The notes under the pieces are model-generated. The model saw nothing but the letters and a program-made list of their open reading frames with translations. It was not told where the DNA came from and searched no databases. From Macrostomum lignano (lineage: Eukaryota), in contig NIVC01000326.1 of NCBI GenBank assembly GCA_002269645.1, forward strand, positions 496,001-560,000: 64,000 nt of DNA, written 5' to 3'. A program made the position numbers and the translations under genes. This document shows, one piece after another, positions 36,001-51,485 of the stretch (within the stretch, counting starts at the first letter, position 1; every line of letters starts with the position of its first letter).

Positions 36001-39000
36001 CCAGTTGCTGGGCCCAGCCTCCCAGATCCCCAGTTGCTGGGCCCAGCCTCCCAGATCCTCAGTTGCTGGGCCCAGCCTCCCAGATCCTCAGTTGCTGGGC
36101 CAGCCTCCCAGATCCTCAGTTGCTGGGCCAGCCTCCCAGATCCTCAGTTGCTGGGCCAGCATCCCAGTTCCCAGATCTTCAGTTGCTGAGCCCAAGATCT
36201 CAGACTCCAGTTTGCCAATGCTAACATGTAAATGAGTTCATAAGTATCATAAGAGCTTTTTTACCCACAATCGTCATTGTCGAGAATTTTGCAAGCAGAA
36301 ATTAATTGAATTAACTGCAGCTCATTCTCCGTTAACTACCTGTTAATATTAAAAGTTCACAGATTAAGCTTGGGTCCAATAAAGAACAAGCAAATGATCT
36401 GGATTTATATAGACTAAATCAAGTTTACTGACATGAAAAGATAAAGAGCAAGGCCGCGAAAGACAGCAAAAGTTTTGAATAACTTCAAAGTTATTTTTAG
36501 AAAACAGATTTGGCTGATAAAAATGTGCGCAATAAAAACAGCAATAAAGTGAAGTAAATATAATCTTGACGAAGTTCTACGCTTGCAATGTACAGCTATA
36601 GGGGTTCATGAAAAGCATTACTAAGCAAAACAGAGGTGAGCATGATTAAGCTGTTTTTACTGCCAAGTGTAGAATTCTAATGCAATTAAAAGGGGGGGGG
36701 GGCGGGTGAAGGGTTTTGCAATAGAGAGCCTTGTTCGGAACATGATGAAAGGAAGTTAGAGGGTGAATATAACTGTGCAGATGGGGATGCAGATGCAGAA
36801 AGCAGATGGAGGAGGGTAGACAGCAGATGGAGGAGGGTAGACAGCAGATGGAGGAGGGTAGACAGCAGATGGAGGAGGGTAGACAGCAGATGGAGGAGGG
36901 TAGTCAGCAGATGGAGGAGGGTAGACAGCAGATGGAGGAGGGTAGACAGCAGATGGAGGAGGGTAGACAGCAGATGGAGGAGGGTAGACAGCAGATGGAG
37001 GGTAGTCAGCAGATGGAGGGTAGTCAGCAGATGGAGGAGGGTAGACAGCAAATGGAGGAGGGTAGACAGCAGATGGAGGAGGGTAGACAGCAGATGGAGG
37101 AGGGTAGACAGCAGATGGAGGGTAGTCAGCAGATGGAGGGTAGTCAGCAGATGGAGGAGGGTAGACAGCAAATGGAGGAGGGTAGACAGCAGATGGAGGA
37201 GGGTAGACAGCAAATGGAGGAGGGTAGACAGCAGATGGAGGAGGGTAGTCAGCAGATGGAGGAGGGTAGACAGCAGATGGAGGAGGGTAGTCAGCAGATG
37301 GAGGGCAGACAGCAGATCGAGGAGGGTAGTCAGCAGATGGAGGGTATTCAGCAGATGGAGGAGGGTAGAGGGCAGAGGGCGGATAGAGAGAGGGTATACA
37401 TAGTAGAGGGCGGGTGGAGGAGGTTAGAGGGCACATTGAGAAGGATACAGGGCGGGTAAGGGGGTAGAGGGTGGATGAAGAGGGTAGAGCACACAGAGGC
37501 AGACAAGGTAGAGAGCGGACCAAGCCGGAAGCCCCGCCACTAGCAGACGGGTCTCACCTCGTGCAGGCGGATCTGGAAGTACACGGCCAGGTTGAACTTT
37601 CTCTTGAGCTCCCAGTAGGCTGGCAGGCTGCTGAGGCGGGGCAGCAGGGCCTGGAACTGCGGCAGGAACTCCAGCACGGTAAGGCTGTAGCGCTGGTGAA
37701 AGCGGTCCGGGTTGCCCGGGTTGAACAGCATTGGCAGCTCGTCGATCAGGTGACGGGCGAGCTCGGGGAACACGGCGCCGCCAAGGAAGTCGAAGTGGCG
37801 CGTCAGACCGGCGGGGTCCAGCAGGCTGGCCCAGGCGTCGCGCTGCTCGCGGGCGAAGTCCAGCACGGAGGCGAAGGCGGCCGACAGCTGCTGCTGCTGC
37901 TGGAGCGTGTCCTGCAGGGCGAGGGTGTTTTGGGTCACGTGGGTCAGCTTGGGTCATGCTGGAGTCACACTGGGTCAGCGTGGGTCTTGCTGGGTCAACT
38001 TAGGCATTGCTGGGTCATGCTGGGCCAGCTTGGGCATTTCTGGGACACGCCGGGTCAGCTTGGGTCATGCTGGGCAGCTTGGGCATTTCTGGGACACGCC
38101 GGGTCAGCTTGGGTCTTGCTGGGCCAGCTTGGGTCATGCTGGGTCAGCTTGGGTCATGCTGGGTTAGCTTGGGCATTTCTGGGACACGCCGGGTCAGCTT
38201 GGGTCATGCTGGGCCAGCTTGGATCATGCTGGGTCAGCTTGGGTCATGCTGGGTCAGCTAAAACTCCAACCTGCACGAGCACGGAGCGCAGGAAGCGCCG
38301 CACGGTCAGCTCCCTGTAGATCTCCAGCGCCTGGTCCGGCCGGCCCAGCCCGGCGAAGGCCGTCAACGCCACCCGAATGGCCGGCTTATCGTTGCTTAGC
38401 AACGCGTTAGTCAACGCGTCGGCCAGACGACGTTCGAGCAGCTCGCCGAGGCGGCTGGCGCGCGGCCGGAGCCCGTCGATGGTCTGGTTGGAACCGCGCC
38501 ATCGCGCGCACAGATGGCTGAGGCGGGCGTAGGCGCGGCCGCAGCGCTCCAGGCTGACGGGCAGCTGCTGGCCGGGCGGGCTGGAGGCCGCGGACGGCGC
38601 CTCGCCCAGCCAGAGCTCCAGCTTGGCCACGAGGCCGAGGCAGGCGGCAACCGCTCGCTGGGCCGCCTCTTTCTGGGCAGCCTGGGAGCGGCTCCTCAGC
38701 TGCTCGCCTGCGTCAGCCAGCGCGTCATCGATCTGGGCGAGGATTTCCGTCACCTTGGGGAGAATGGGAGTGTGGGATTGGTGGGAGTTGAGAATTGGAT
38801 GTGTCTGCCTGAGAACTGGATGTGTCTGCTGAGAACTGGATGTGTCTGCTGAGAACTGGATGTGTCTGCCTGAGAACTGGATGTGTCTGTCTGAGAACTG
38901 GATGTGTCTGTCTGAGAACTGGATGTGTCTGCCTGAGAACTGGATGTGTCTGCCTGAGAACTGGATGTGTCTGCCTGAGAACTGGATGTGTCTGCCTGAG

Positions 39001-41186
39001 AACTGGATGTGTCTGCTGAGAACTGGATGTGTCTGCTGAGAACTGGATGTGTCTGCCTGAGAACTGGATGTGTCTGTCTGAGAACTGGATGTGTCTGCCT
39101 GAGAACTGGATGTGTCTGCCTGAGAACTGGATGTGTCTGCCTGAGAACTGGATGTGTCTGCCTGAGAACTGGATGTGTCTGCCTGAGAACTGGATGTGCC
39201 TGCCTGAGAACTGGATGTGTCTGCCTGAGAACTGGATGTGTCTGCCTGGAGAACTGGATGTGTCTGCCTGAGAACTGGATGTGTCTGCCTGAGAACTGGA
39301 TGTGTCTGCCTGAGAACTGGATGTGTCTGCCTGGAGAACTGGATGTGTCTGCCTGAGAACTGGATGTGTCTGTCTGAGAACTGGATGTGTCTGCCTGAGA
39401 ACTGGATGTGCCTGCCTGAGAACTGGATGTGTCTGCCTGAGAACTGGATGTGTCTGCCTGGAGAACTGGATGTGTCTGCCTGAGAACTGGAACTGCAAGT
39501 GTAAAGTGCCTGAGAAGTGCAAAAAGGTTTGAGCATTAAGCTTTCCAGCATTAGTTTGCGAACTAAAAGTATTCTTAGAAAAAGCGCGTGAGCTCGCTTA
39601 GGCGTGTCCTCAGGCTATGGCTATTCACACGGGCTTATTAGGATGCATATTAATCAAATAATAAAAGTTTGCTCTGACAGGCATAAAGCTGCTCAAAACG
39701 CTGTGCTTTTGGACCCCACGAGTAGTGCTTCAATGAATTTGAATACAACAGAAGATGGAAAGAGAAGCTTTGCGCGAGAACAGAAAGATGAGCCAAAAGT
39801 TTTACTGCACTAGTTGAGTCTGAGTTGGTATCACGACAGCCTTTGAGTGAGCTGGTATCATGAGATCTGCAGTCAGTGAGTGAGCTGGTATCATGAGATC
39901 TGCAGTCAGGGAGTGAGCTGGCATCATGAGATCTGCAGTCAGTGAGTGAGCTGGCATCATGAGATCTGCAGTCAGTGAGTGAGCTGGCATCATGAGATCT
40001 GCAGTCAGTGAGTGAGCTGGCATCATGAGATCTGCAGTCAGTGAGTGAGCTGGCATCATGAGATCTGCAGTCAGTGAGTGAGCTGGCATCATGAGATCTG
40101 CAGTCAGTGAGTGAGCTGGCATCATGAGATCTGCAGTCAGTGAGTGAGCTGGTATCATGAGATCTGCAGTCAGGGAGTGAGCTGGCATCATGAGATCTGC
40201 AGTCAGTGAGTGAGCTGGCATCATGAGATCTGCAGTCAGTGAGTGAGCTGGCATCATGAGATCTGCAGTCAGTGATAAGGCAGTAAGTTCAAATAAACAG
40301 AAAAATGGCATGAATAGTTTATCATGCGAATTAAAAGCTCAGGAGCCTTAGAACTAAAAAATTCTGAGTCTTGCTCGACAGAGCACAGAGCTGAGGCTGC
40401 AGCCAGAATCTTGGATGCTGATGAATAAACACACGCCCTTCTGTACCACACGACAATAGATGAAGCGCATGCTAAAAAATAACGCTATTATTAAAAATAT
40501 CTCATACGCAATTTTAAGCACCTACTGAAATGGAAAAACTAGCCGAGTACTTGGCTACTCACTTATTGCTGTCTCAGTGCCTTATTTCACTTTGTAAAGC
40601 TACTTGGCGCAGTGCACAGAGTAAAGCTTGTTAGGTAGTCTGAATAAATCAGTCAGTCAGTCAGTCAGTCAGTCAGTCAGTCAGTCAGTCAGTCAGTCAG
40701 TCATTCACTCAGAAAATTCCAAAAACGTGCAGAATCGAACCCGAGACCCCCACTGACCTGCTCTCTCAGCTGCATGACAGGCGTGTGGATGGCGCTGAGC
40801 GCCTTGTCCAGGCCAGCCAGGTTGGTGGACAAGCTGACAAAGTCCGCATAGTCCTGATTGATGAGCTCGATCAGCGAGTTCGTGAGCACCCGATGGTAAG
40901 CCACCAGATCGTCGCGCAGCTTCTCTAGCGGCGCCCGGCGCTTGTGCTCGAGAATGAAGGCGTCGAGGTCAAAGTCGGGCCGGTAGAAAACCGCCGGATC
41001 GAACACGAAGCTCTGGCCGCGCGCAGCCGACTGCGGGTCCGCAGCCAGCGAGTCGCCGGCCGTGTCGAACAGAAACTGCCGCTGCTGCTGCTTGCCGCCG
41101 CCGCCGCCGCCGCCGCCCGGAGACGTCGCTTCAGAGTCCGCGGTGGCCGCGGGCGACTTTGGCGAACTTGCTGCCGTTGAAGACGC
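33089..41186 (-). CDS. COG2: Conserved oligomeric Golgi complex subunit 2; exons 41186-40758, 38753-38271, 37911-37558, 35409-34807, 33496-33089; start exon not located
   Basis: LEKLRDDL...ELINQDYADFVSLSTNLAGLDKAL; FNPGNPDRFHQRY...FNLAVYFQIR; EVPRAYRKTNRELP; SVRRMEDSL...SDDDKIREQL. All internal junctions listed are GT-AG and phase 0. Confidence 0.93.
33520..34140. repeat. 36-bp minisatellite, COG2 last intron
   Basis: Unit GGGGTCAGGTGACCTCCAGGGCTGGTGTTTGGGCCA, decaying rightwards. Confidence 0.95.
34618..34798. repeat. ~20-bp minisatellite next to a COG2 donor
   Basis: Unit AGACTAGATTAGCAACCCAC. Confidence 0.9.
35520..36190. repeat. ~28-bp minisatellite, COG2 intron
   Basis: Unit CCTCAGTTGCTGGGCCAGCCTCCCAGAT. 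Confidence 0.94.
36795..37370. repeat. 21/18-bp purine-rich minisatellite, COG2 intron
   Basis: Unit CAGCAGATGGAGGAGGGTAGA. Confidence 0.94.
37925..38260. repeat. ~20-bp minisatellite filling almost a whole COG2 intron
   Basis: Unit GCTGGGTCAGCTTGGGTCAT between exon boundaries 37911 and 38271. Confidence 0.92.
38790..39490. repeat. 21-bp minisatellite, COG2 intron
   Basis: Unit GAGAACTGGATGTGTCTGCCT. Confidence 0.95.
39843..40275. repeat. 33-bp minisatellite, COG2 intron
   Basis: Unit GTGAGTGAGCTGGCATCATGAGATCTGCAGTCA. Confidence 0.95.
40649..40703. repeat. (TCAG)n microsatellite
   Basis: About 14 perfect tetramers. Confidence 0.95.
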
Positions 41187-41204
41187 CTGAAAGTAGACAT
41201 GGGA

Positions 41205-42140
41205 CAGATTTGCACGGCTATTAGACTGATTTTTATGGGAAATTAGAGAGCAATTGGACTCATTTGCACGGGAAATTAGACTGATTTGCACGGCAATTAG
41301 AGACTGATTTGCACGGCAATTAGAGACTGATTTGCACAGCAATTAGACTCATTTGCACGGACAATTAGAGACTCATTTTCACGGCAATTAGACTCATTTT
41401 CACGGGCAATTAGACTCATTTGCACGGACAATAAGAGACTCATTTGCACGGACAATAAGAGACTCATTTGCACGGACAATTAGAGACTCATTTGCACGGA
41501 CAATTAGAGACTCATTTGCACGGACAATTAGAGACTCATTTGCACGGACAATTAGAGACTCATTTGCACGGACAATTAGAGACTCATTTGCACGGACAAT
41601 TAGAGACTCATTTGCACGGATAATTAGAGACTCATTTGCACGGACAATTAGAGACTCATTTGCACGGATAATTAGAGACTCATTTGCACGGCTATTAGAC
41701 TCATTTGCACGGCTATTAGAGACTGATTTGCACGGCTATTAGAGACTGATTTGCACAGCAATTAGAGACTCATTTGCACGGACAATTAGAGACTCATTTT
41801 CACGGCAATTAGACTCATTTGCACGGACAATTAGAGACTCATTTGCACGGACAATTAGAGACTCATTTGCACGGACAATTAGAGACTCATTTGCACGGAC
41901 AATTAGAGACTCATTTGCACGGCTATTAGAGACTCATTTGCACGGCTATTAGACTCATTTGCACGGCTATTAGACTCATTTGCACGGCTATTAGAGACTC
42001 ATTTCCTCGGGCAATTAGACTCATTTGCACGGGCAATTAGACTCATTTGCACGGACAATTAGACTCATTTGCACGGGCAATTAGCGACTGATTTGCACGG
42101 GACACTAGACTCATTCCCACGGCTATTAGACTCATTTGCA
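41205..42140. repeat. ~24-bp minisatellite upstream of the first located COG2 exon
   Basis: Unit TTGCACGGACAATTAGAGACTCAT. Confidence 0.95.
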
Positions 42141-42615
42141 CGGGCAGCTAGAGACAAAGCACGAGAAAAAATGTTTAGTAAATAATCCAGTTCATTCCAA
42201 AGCCAGCAGCACCGCAGATTGCAGTGTATTTGTGATTAGTGCCAGGTACTTGCACAATGCACATGGCGATAAGTCTTGGGTCTTGAAGTATTCGATAAAA
42301 AACGGGACCAGTCTGACCTCAGGCCTCACCAAACAAAGTTAGCTATTCTTATCAGAATCTCTGCGTTAAAATGGATTGACAATTTCACAATAAAGTTATT
42401 CGTACATGCGCGCTGCACTACTCAGAATTAAAACGATAGTAGTAGCACGTAAAGAATTTCTTCACAAAAAAACGAAACAAGGAGACAAAATTTTGAAGAG
42501 AATTGAACCAATCCAGGAACACATCATTTGAAAATGGCAAATACAAAAATGCAGCACAAAAGAGGAAGCAGAATGGCATTCAAGGAGCCCTTCAAAAAAA
42601 GCCAAGGACTGCGGA

Positions 42616-46441
<3,826 letters not shown>

Positions 46442-49400
46442 CTAGCCATGTTTACAAACAGTTACACAAGTTAATCTAACATTTTATAGATTATTTATAT
46501 GTTATCCTGAAATAATTTGCATATAACTGTTTTATAATATCAAAGTCTGTTACTCTTACAAAGCAGATGATTAGCCAACTATAATTATGTATAACCACAC
46601 CCAAAATTATTTTCTAATCCTGATCTTCTGATGACGATAAATTGGAAGCATCTTCTTGTGGACTCTCTAGATACAGTTTTCTTAATTAAACCATAGGTTC
46701 TATCAAATATGAGCTTCCTAAAGACAATGAACTCAGGGACTTTATTGAGTTTATAAACAATCCTAGCTGAAGTGATGACAATCTTTTAGATGTATTGCTA
46801 AATAAATATGTTGCTATCACTATTGATACTAGGCCCTAGTACCATAGCCAGTAAAGGAGCATTGTCTGAATTGGATGATGTAGAACTGAAATTTCTGCCA
46901 AAGACAAGCAGGGATCAAATTATTTAGCACAAAAAAATTTATGAACAACATCAGAATCACTTGGTCTAAGCTATCATACATTAGCTATGCCTAGTGTAGA
47001 ACAATTGAATGAGTATCTGCAACTATTGATATAACTTTTGTCTAAAGAAACTAGACAATGAGCTACACTTAGCAATGAGCTGGGTTTATATCCAAGTAGG
47101 CCTATAGCATTATTTTCATTATGCCATCAAGTGGGAACTAAACCTTGTTACCTAGTTCTAAGTTTTCAATAGCCAATAGAATGTTATGTTTAAGTCCACA
47201 AGTTTCATTCTATGGGAAGATCTATCAAGCATTTTCCTAGACAAAGTAAATTCCTATTTAGGTATACCTATTTATATTATATATAATACAACACACTAAT
47301 AACCAGGGGACATTATAGATTTAGAAAGATAGAAAGTATAGACTCAAGCCTAAAGGGAGACTTAAACTAAAGGAAGAGAATTGCAACACTATTATAGATT
47401 TTGAATTAGAAAAAAAGTATGCCAAACAACTTTTTGTATATAGCATATTATAGGCCTCAAATTTTTATATATAATGAAAACAGTGACTTGACATTTTGTC
47501 AAAAAACTTTTTGCCAAAAGCCTTTAACTAACAAAACTAAAACTAAAGCAAAATGTCAAAACTAAAAGGGTAAAACTAGAAAGGCACTAGAAGGTACAAT
47601 TGAAATTGTCATATTCAAAAATTAAAAATCATTATAATAATGACGATGTGACCAAATCTGTAAGGCTTTAATATTTCAATATGACAACTTTGACAAAAAG
47701 CAATTAAGGGCATTCTCATTTAATTCATGTAATTTATTTACCAATTGTATATGTATTGCAACTGACTATAATTTTATTATTTATTATAAATAGTGCTTCC
47801 ATTTCAAATATGTACTTTAATTAGCAAAATATAGATGCTATAATTTAGTCAAATACGAGTCAACTTATTAATATGTTAAATAATTAAGCCTAGTTTCTTG
47901 GAAAGGAAATTGAATTTAACAAAAAAATATTTTCAGATCCTATGGTAGGGCAAGCTACCACTTGAGCTATTGGCAGTTGACATTATTTTTTTTGATGATA
48001 TCTTTTCTTTTGCATGTATGGCCTTTTTGGTAGTCTTCCCTGCCTTCCTATTGGCCCATCCTTTGCCCCTTCTGTTGGCCCAACCATTGGCCCTCTCTTT
48101 TTTATCCTTTGGTTTGCCTGGGGTTTTGTCCAGTTTTTTTGTTATCTCATCTGTTGCCGCATCCTTTGTCTCATCTTCTGCCCTCCTATCTGTTGTATTT
48201 TTGCTGGTATATACTATTTATATAGCCTGGTTTAGACCACACCATTTTTTATTTCTCTTCCTTTCTCCCATATTCTCTCTCTTGCTATTCATTGTCCAGT
48301 GTTTAGTTAGTTTATTGTTTGTTTTGGTAATATATACTTTTGACCTTGTTAGCTTGCTTCTTATTTATTAACCATAGGCCCTACTTGCCCAGCATCTCAG
48401 CTTAGTTAGAATTCTCTTGTCTGTAGCTTGTATTTTGTTATTATTTTTTAAGTAGTTTTAGTGACAACCAATAAAACATATAATCAATTCTATTTGATTT
48501 ATTCACCAAACTAGGAATATTCCTAAAATTCTAAGAGGATATTTCTGCTATGAGATGAGCTAAGATCCTTGCATAACCAATGCAACACAATATGAAAATT
48601 TAATGAATGCAGCCTTATCCAATACAAAGACAATAAAAATTTTGATAACTTAGGTGTTTTCTTTGTAACCTATATAGGCCTAGGCTTTATGACAATTTCA
48701 AATAAGACTCCAGCCAAGCAAGCTAAATTCTAAAAGGCTTAGCCTTATAATGCCATAGCCTAGTTTAACTAGAAAATTATCAAGGGAAAATGTAGATTTG
48801 GGAAATGAAAACCAAAAAAAGAAAGCAAGCCTATATTTTTTATAAAAGTGCACTTGGTCCTAATTTTTATTTTTTAAGTCCTTTTTTTTAAGGGATGACT
48901 ATACAATATATACAAATATTTATTCATTAAATAATTAATATTATAAAGTAGGCCCCTAATACTTAGCCTTGTCTATTGCCATTTACTAATGGCAATGGCT
49001 ACAATTATGCCAATAGGCCTATCATACAAAAATGACAATTCTAGGTCTACTTATTTTGTGTAGATCATATAACATTCAAAGACTACCCAAGCAGAGAGGG
49101 ATAGAAAACTAGGCCCTATATTTCTTAGAAAATGTTAAAGAGCCTGGTTTTACCAAAAATATACTAATTACAGCAATTTTATGCTAGGCCTAGGCCTAAC
49201 GTTATAGTTGCTAGATAAATAAAATGTTACTATCACTGTTGATATACCTAAGCGAAGGCTAGTACTATAGGCATAGCCAGTGAAGAAACATTGTCAAAAT
49301 TGGATGATGTAGAACTGCAATTGCTGCCAAAGAAGTGACAGATAAACACTTCTTATCATTTTTAGCATAAAAATTGATATTGCTTTCTTCAATAGAAGGC

Positions 49401-50360
49401 AGATCCAATGTTGATATTTTGATATGCTGTGCCTTTCTTACACTACAGCTCTTAGTTCTATTGATATTTTGTAAAGCTTTTTGTTGAGAAAATTAAGATT
49501 CTATCAAGTTTCTAGTTCTATGTTAATATTTTATTCTATGTACAGAATGTACTAGGCGGCCCCTAATGTACTGGATTCCCTGCTGCTGTACCTAAAAATC
49601 ATAAAATTAAAAATGCATGTCACAGCTCGACTCGTCGACTAATTGGTTTTATGAATATATCTTTGTTGTAGGTGTCCTAGTCGCTTAGTCGGTCGAGATA
49701 AGCAATAAAATTTCACTGCTGCTAACCAAACGTAACAAATTTTGCAACTTCAGCGGATTATAGGCTACTGTTTCCAATCCTACCTAATGCCACCCACCCA
49801 CACCGCACCAATTGTAGAAGGGGTAAAATTAAATAATGTGTCTCACCGTTGCTACCAATTGTAACGGGGTGAAAGTTAGTATCTGTGTCGTTACTGAGAT
49901 GGGAATTCCACAGGGTCTGTGGTCTCTAACTCGCTGCTAAGGAGTTGTGGCAGGCGGGACGGGATGCCACAATTAAACTCTGATATTTATTACTTTTGTA
50001 ATAGTGCTCAATTTGCGTGCGCGTGCACTTCTAGTGTTTTCGGATGTTTTCTCCGTATTTCTTTCTGTGTCACCCCACCCCTGCGTATAGCCTTTTCTAG
50101 AAATTTCTTTTTGTTTCTGATTGGCTGAAAACGCGTGAATAACGAGCCCCAACCAATAGAGTGCTTAGTACCTACCCTATCGACGAAATCCGATTGGTTA
50201 GGATTTTCTAAGCTGCGTTTTTCTAAGCTGCATCGCGGTCAGTCTATTTAATCAAGCAAGCTGGAACGCAAATAAATCAAGTTTTTCTCTGACTAAAGAA
50301 GTCCCGGCAGTTAAAACTCAAGAATACGCGGCTACATTGGCGACCACGCCAGTTTTCCAC

Positions 50361-51485
50361 ATGTGGAATAACGACGACTACCTGGAACTACGTGGACGTC
50401 TCGTCGGACGACGGCGCAACGCAGGCGACGAGGCAGCTTCCGTTTCTACAGAGTCTACGAACGCGTCCAACCCCTTCGTGTCGATGACCACAGTCAGCGA
50501 AGCCACAAATCCCTTCCTCGTTGCCAACGACCTTCAGAGGGCACACTCGGCGGAAGTCTCAACCAACCCGTTCCTTGAAGACATCGACCAAGCGTCAGGG
50601 CAGGCCTCAGCAATGCAGCAGTACGCCTATCCTCCAGCTCACGGATACGCAGCGCTGCCAGACTACAATCCAGTACCGGCTCTTCCGCCAGTACCTAAGC
50701 CCGCACCGTACAACGGTCGGGAGGATTTCGACGACTTTCTCATCAGGATCAGCGCCTATATTAGCCGGTTCCCAGGCCTTCGAGACGCCGACAAGATCAA
50801 CACCCTGACTGCGTTCCTCGGACCGGCCTTTGCAACGTACACCACCTGGCTGGCGATCCAGTGTGCCTACGTCGGACTGCCACCGGGGACAACCCTGGAC
50901 CAGCTACCTGGTGTCCGCTATGAGGGCCTCGTTGAACACCTCCGGTCTCGTCACGGCGGGGCCAAGAGTGCAGCGCTACTTCGCCGCGAGTTCCGTGCTC
51001 GGCAGCGTCGACCAGAGGAGAGCTTCGAAACGTACCTGACGGAGCTTCAACGGCTAGCTGCAAGGGCATACCCGGACCCAAGAGCTCAGGCTTACGTCCA
51101 ACAGACAGTTAGCGAGCAGTTCATGCATGGTCTCAATGACGGCTACGTCACCGAGCGACTACTGAATCAACCAACACCACCAAGCACTGTGGAGCAGGTT
51201 CTACGAATAGCCCAGCAGCTTCGAGAAACCCGGGCCTACATGGATGCTGGCCGTGGCGAAATCCAGCCCCAGCAACCGAGACCACCACAGAGCCAACTTT
51301 CAGCGCCACCGAAACCACTAATGCCTCAGCAGCCTGCCTCATCTGGCGGTCGAGGACAGCAACGACAGCAATCACCGGCTAGTTCCAACTGTTTCGGCTG
51401 CGGTCAGCCGGGCCACATCCGACGCAATTGCCCAAACGCCGAGGGGGCTGGTTCACGAGGCCAGCACCGGCCCTCTCAGCACTAA
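50361..51485 (+). CDS. Gypsy Gag
   Basis: PYNGREDF, FRARQRRPEESFETYLTEL, EQFMHGL and CCHC knuckle CFGCGQPGHIRRNC. Confidence 0.88.
   Translation: MWNNDDYLELRGRLVGRRRNAGDEAASVSTESTNASNPFVSMTTVSEATNPFLVANDLQRAHSAEVSTNPFLEDIDQASGQASAMQQYAYPPAHGYAALPDYNPVPALPPVPKPAPYNGREDFDDFLIRISAYISRFPGLRDADKINTLTAFLGPAFATYTTWLAIQCAYVGLPPGTTLDQLPGVRYEGLVEHLRSRHGGAKSAALLRREFRARQRRPEESFETYLTELQRLAARAYPDPRAQAYVQQTVSEQFMHGLNDGYVTERLLNQPTPPSTVEQVLRIAQQLRETRAYMDAGRGEIQPQQPRPPQSQLSAPPKPLMPQQPASSGGRGQQRQQSPASSNCFGCGQPGHIRRNCPNAEGAGSRGQHRPSQH

Noticed and set aside
47970-48371. Hydrophobic 133-aa ORF resembling a membrane protein
   Set aside because: Non-ATG start; it is the T-rich antisense of a Lys/Glu/Asp-like minus-strand frame within the decayed AT-rich block.
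50338-50348. tRNA gene
   Set aside because: Only an 11-nt primer-binding site complementary to a tRNA 3' end (possibly Arg); no cloverleaf. No tRNA or rRNA genes were recognised in the window.
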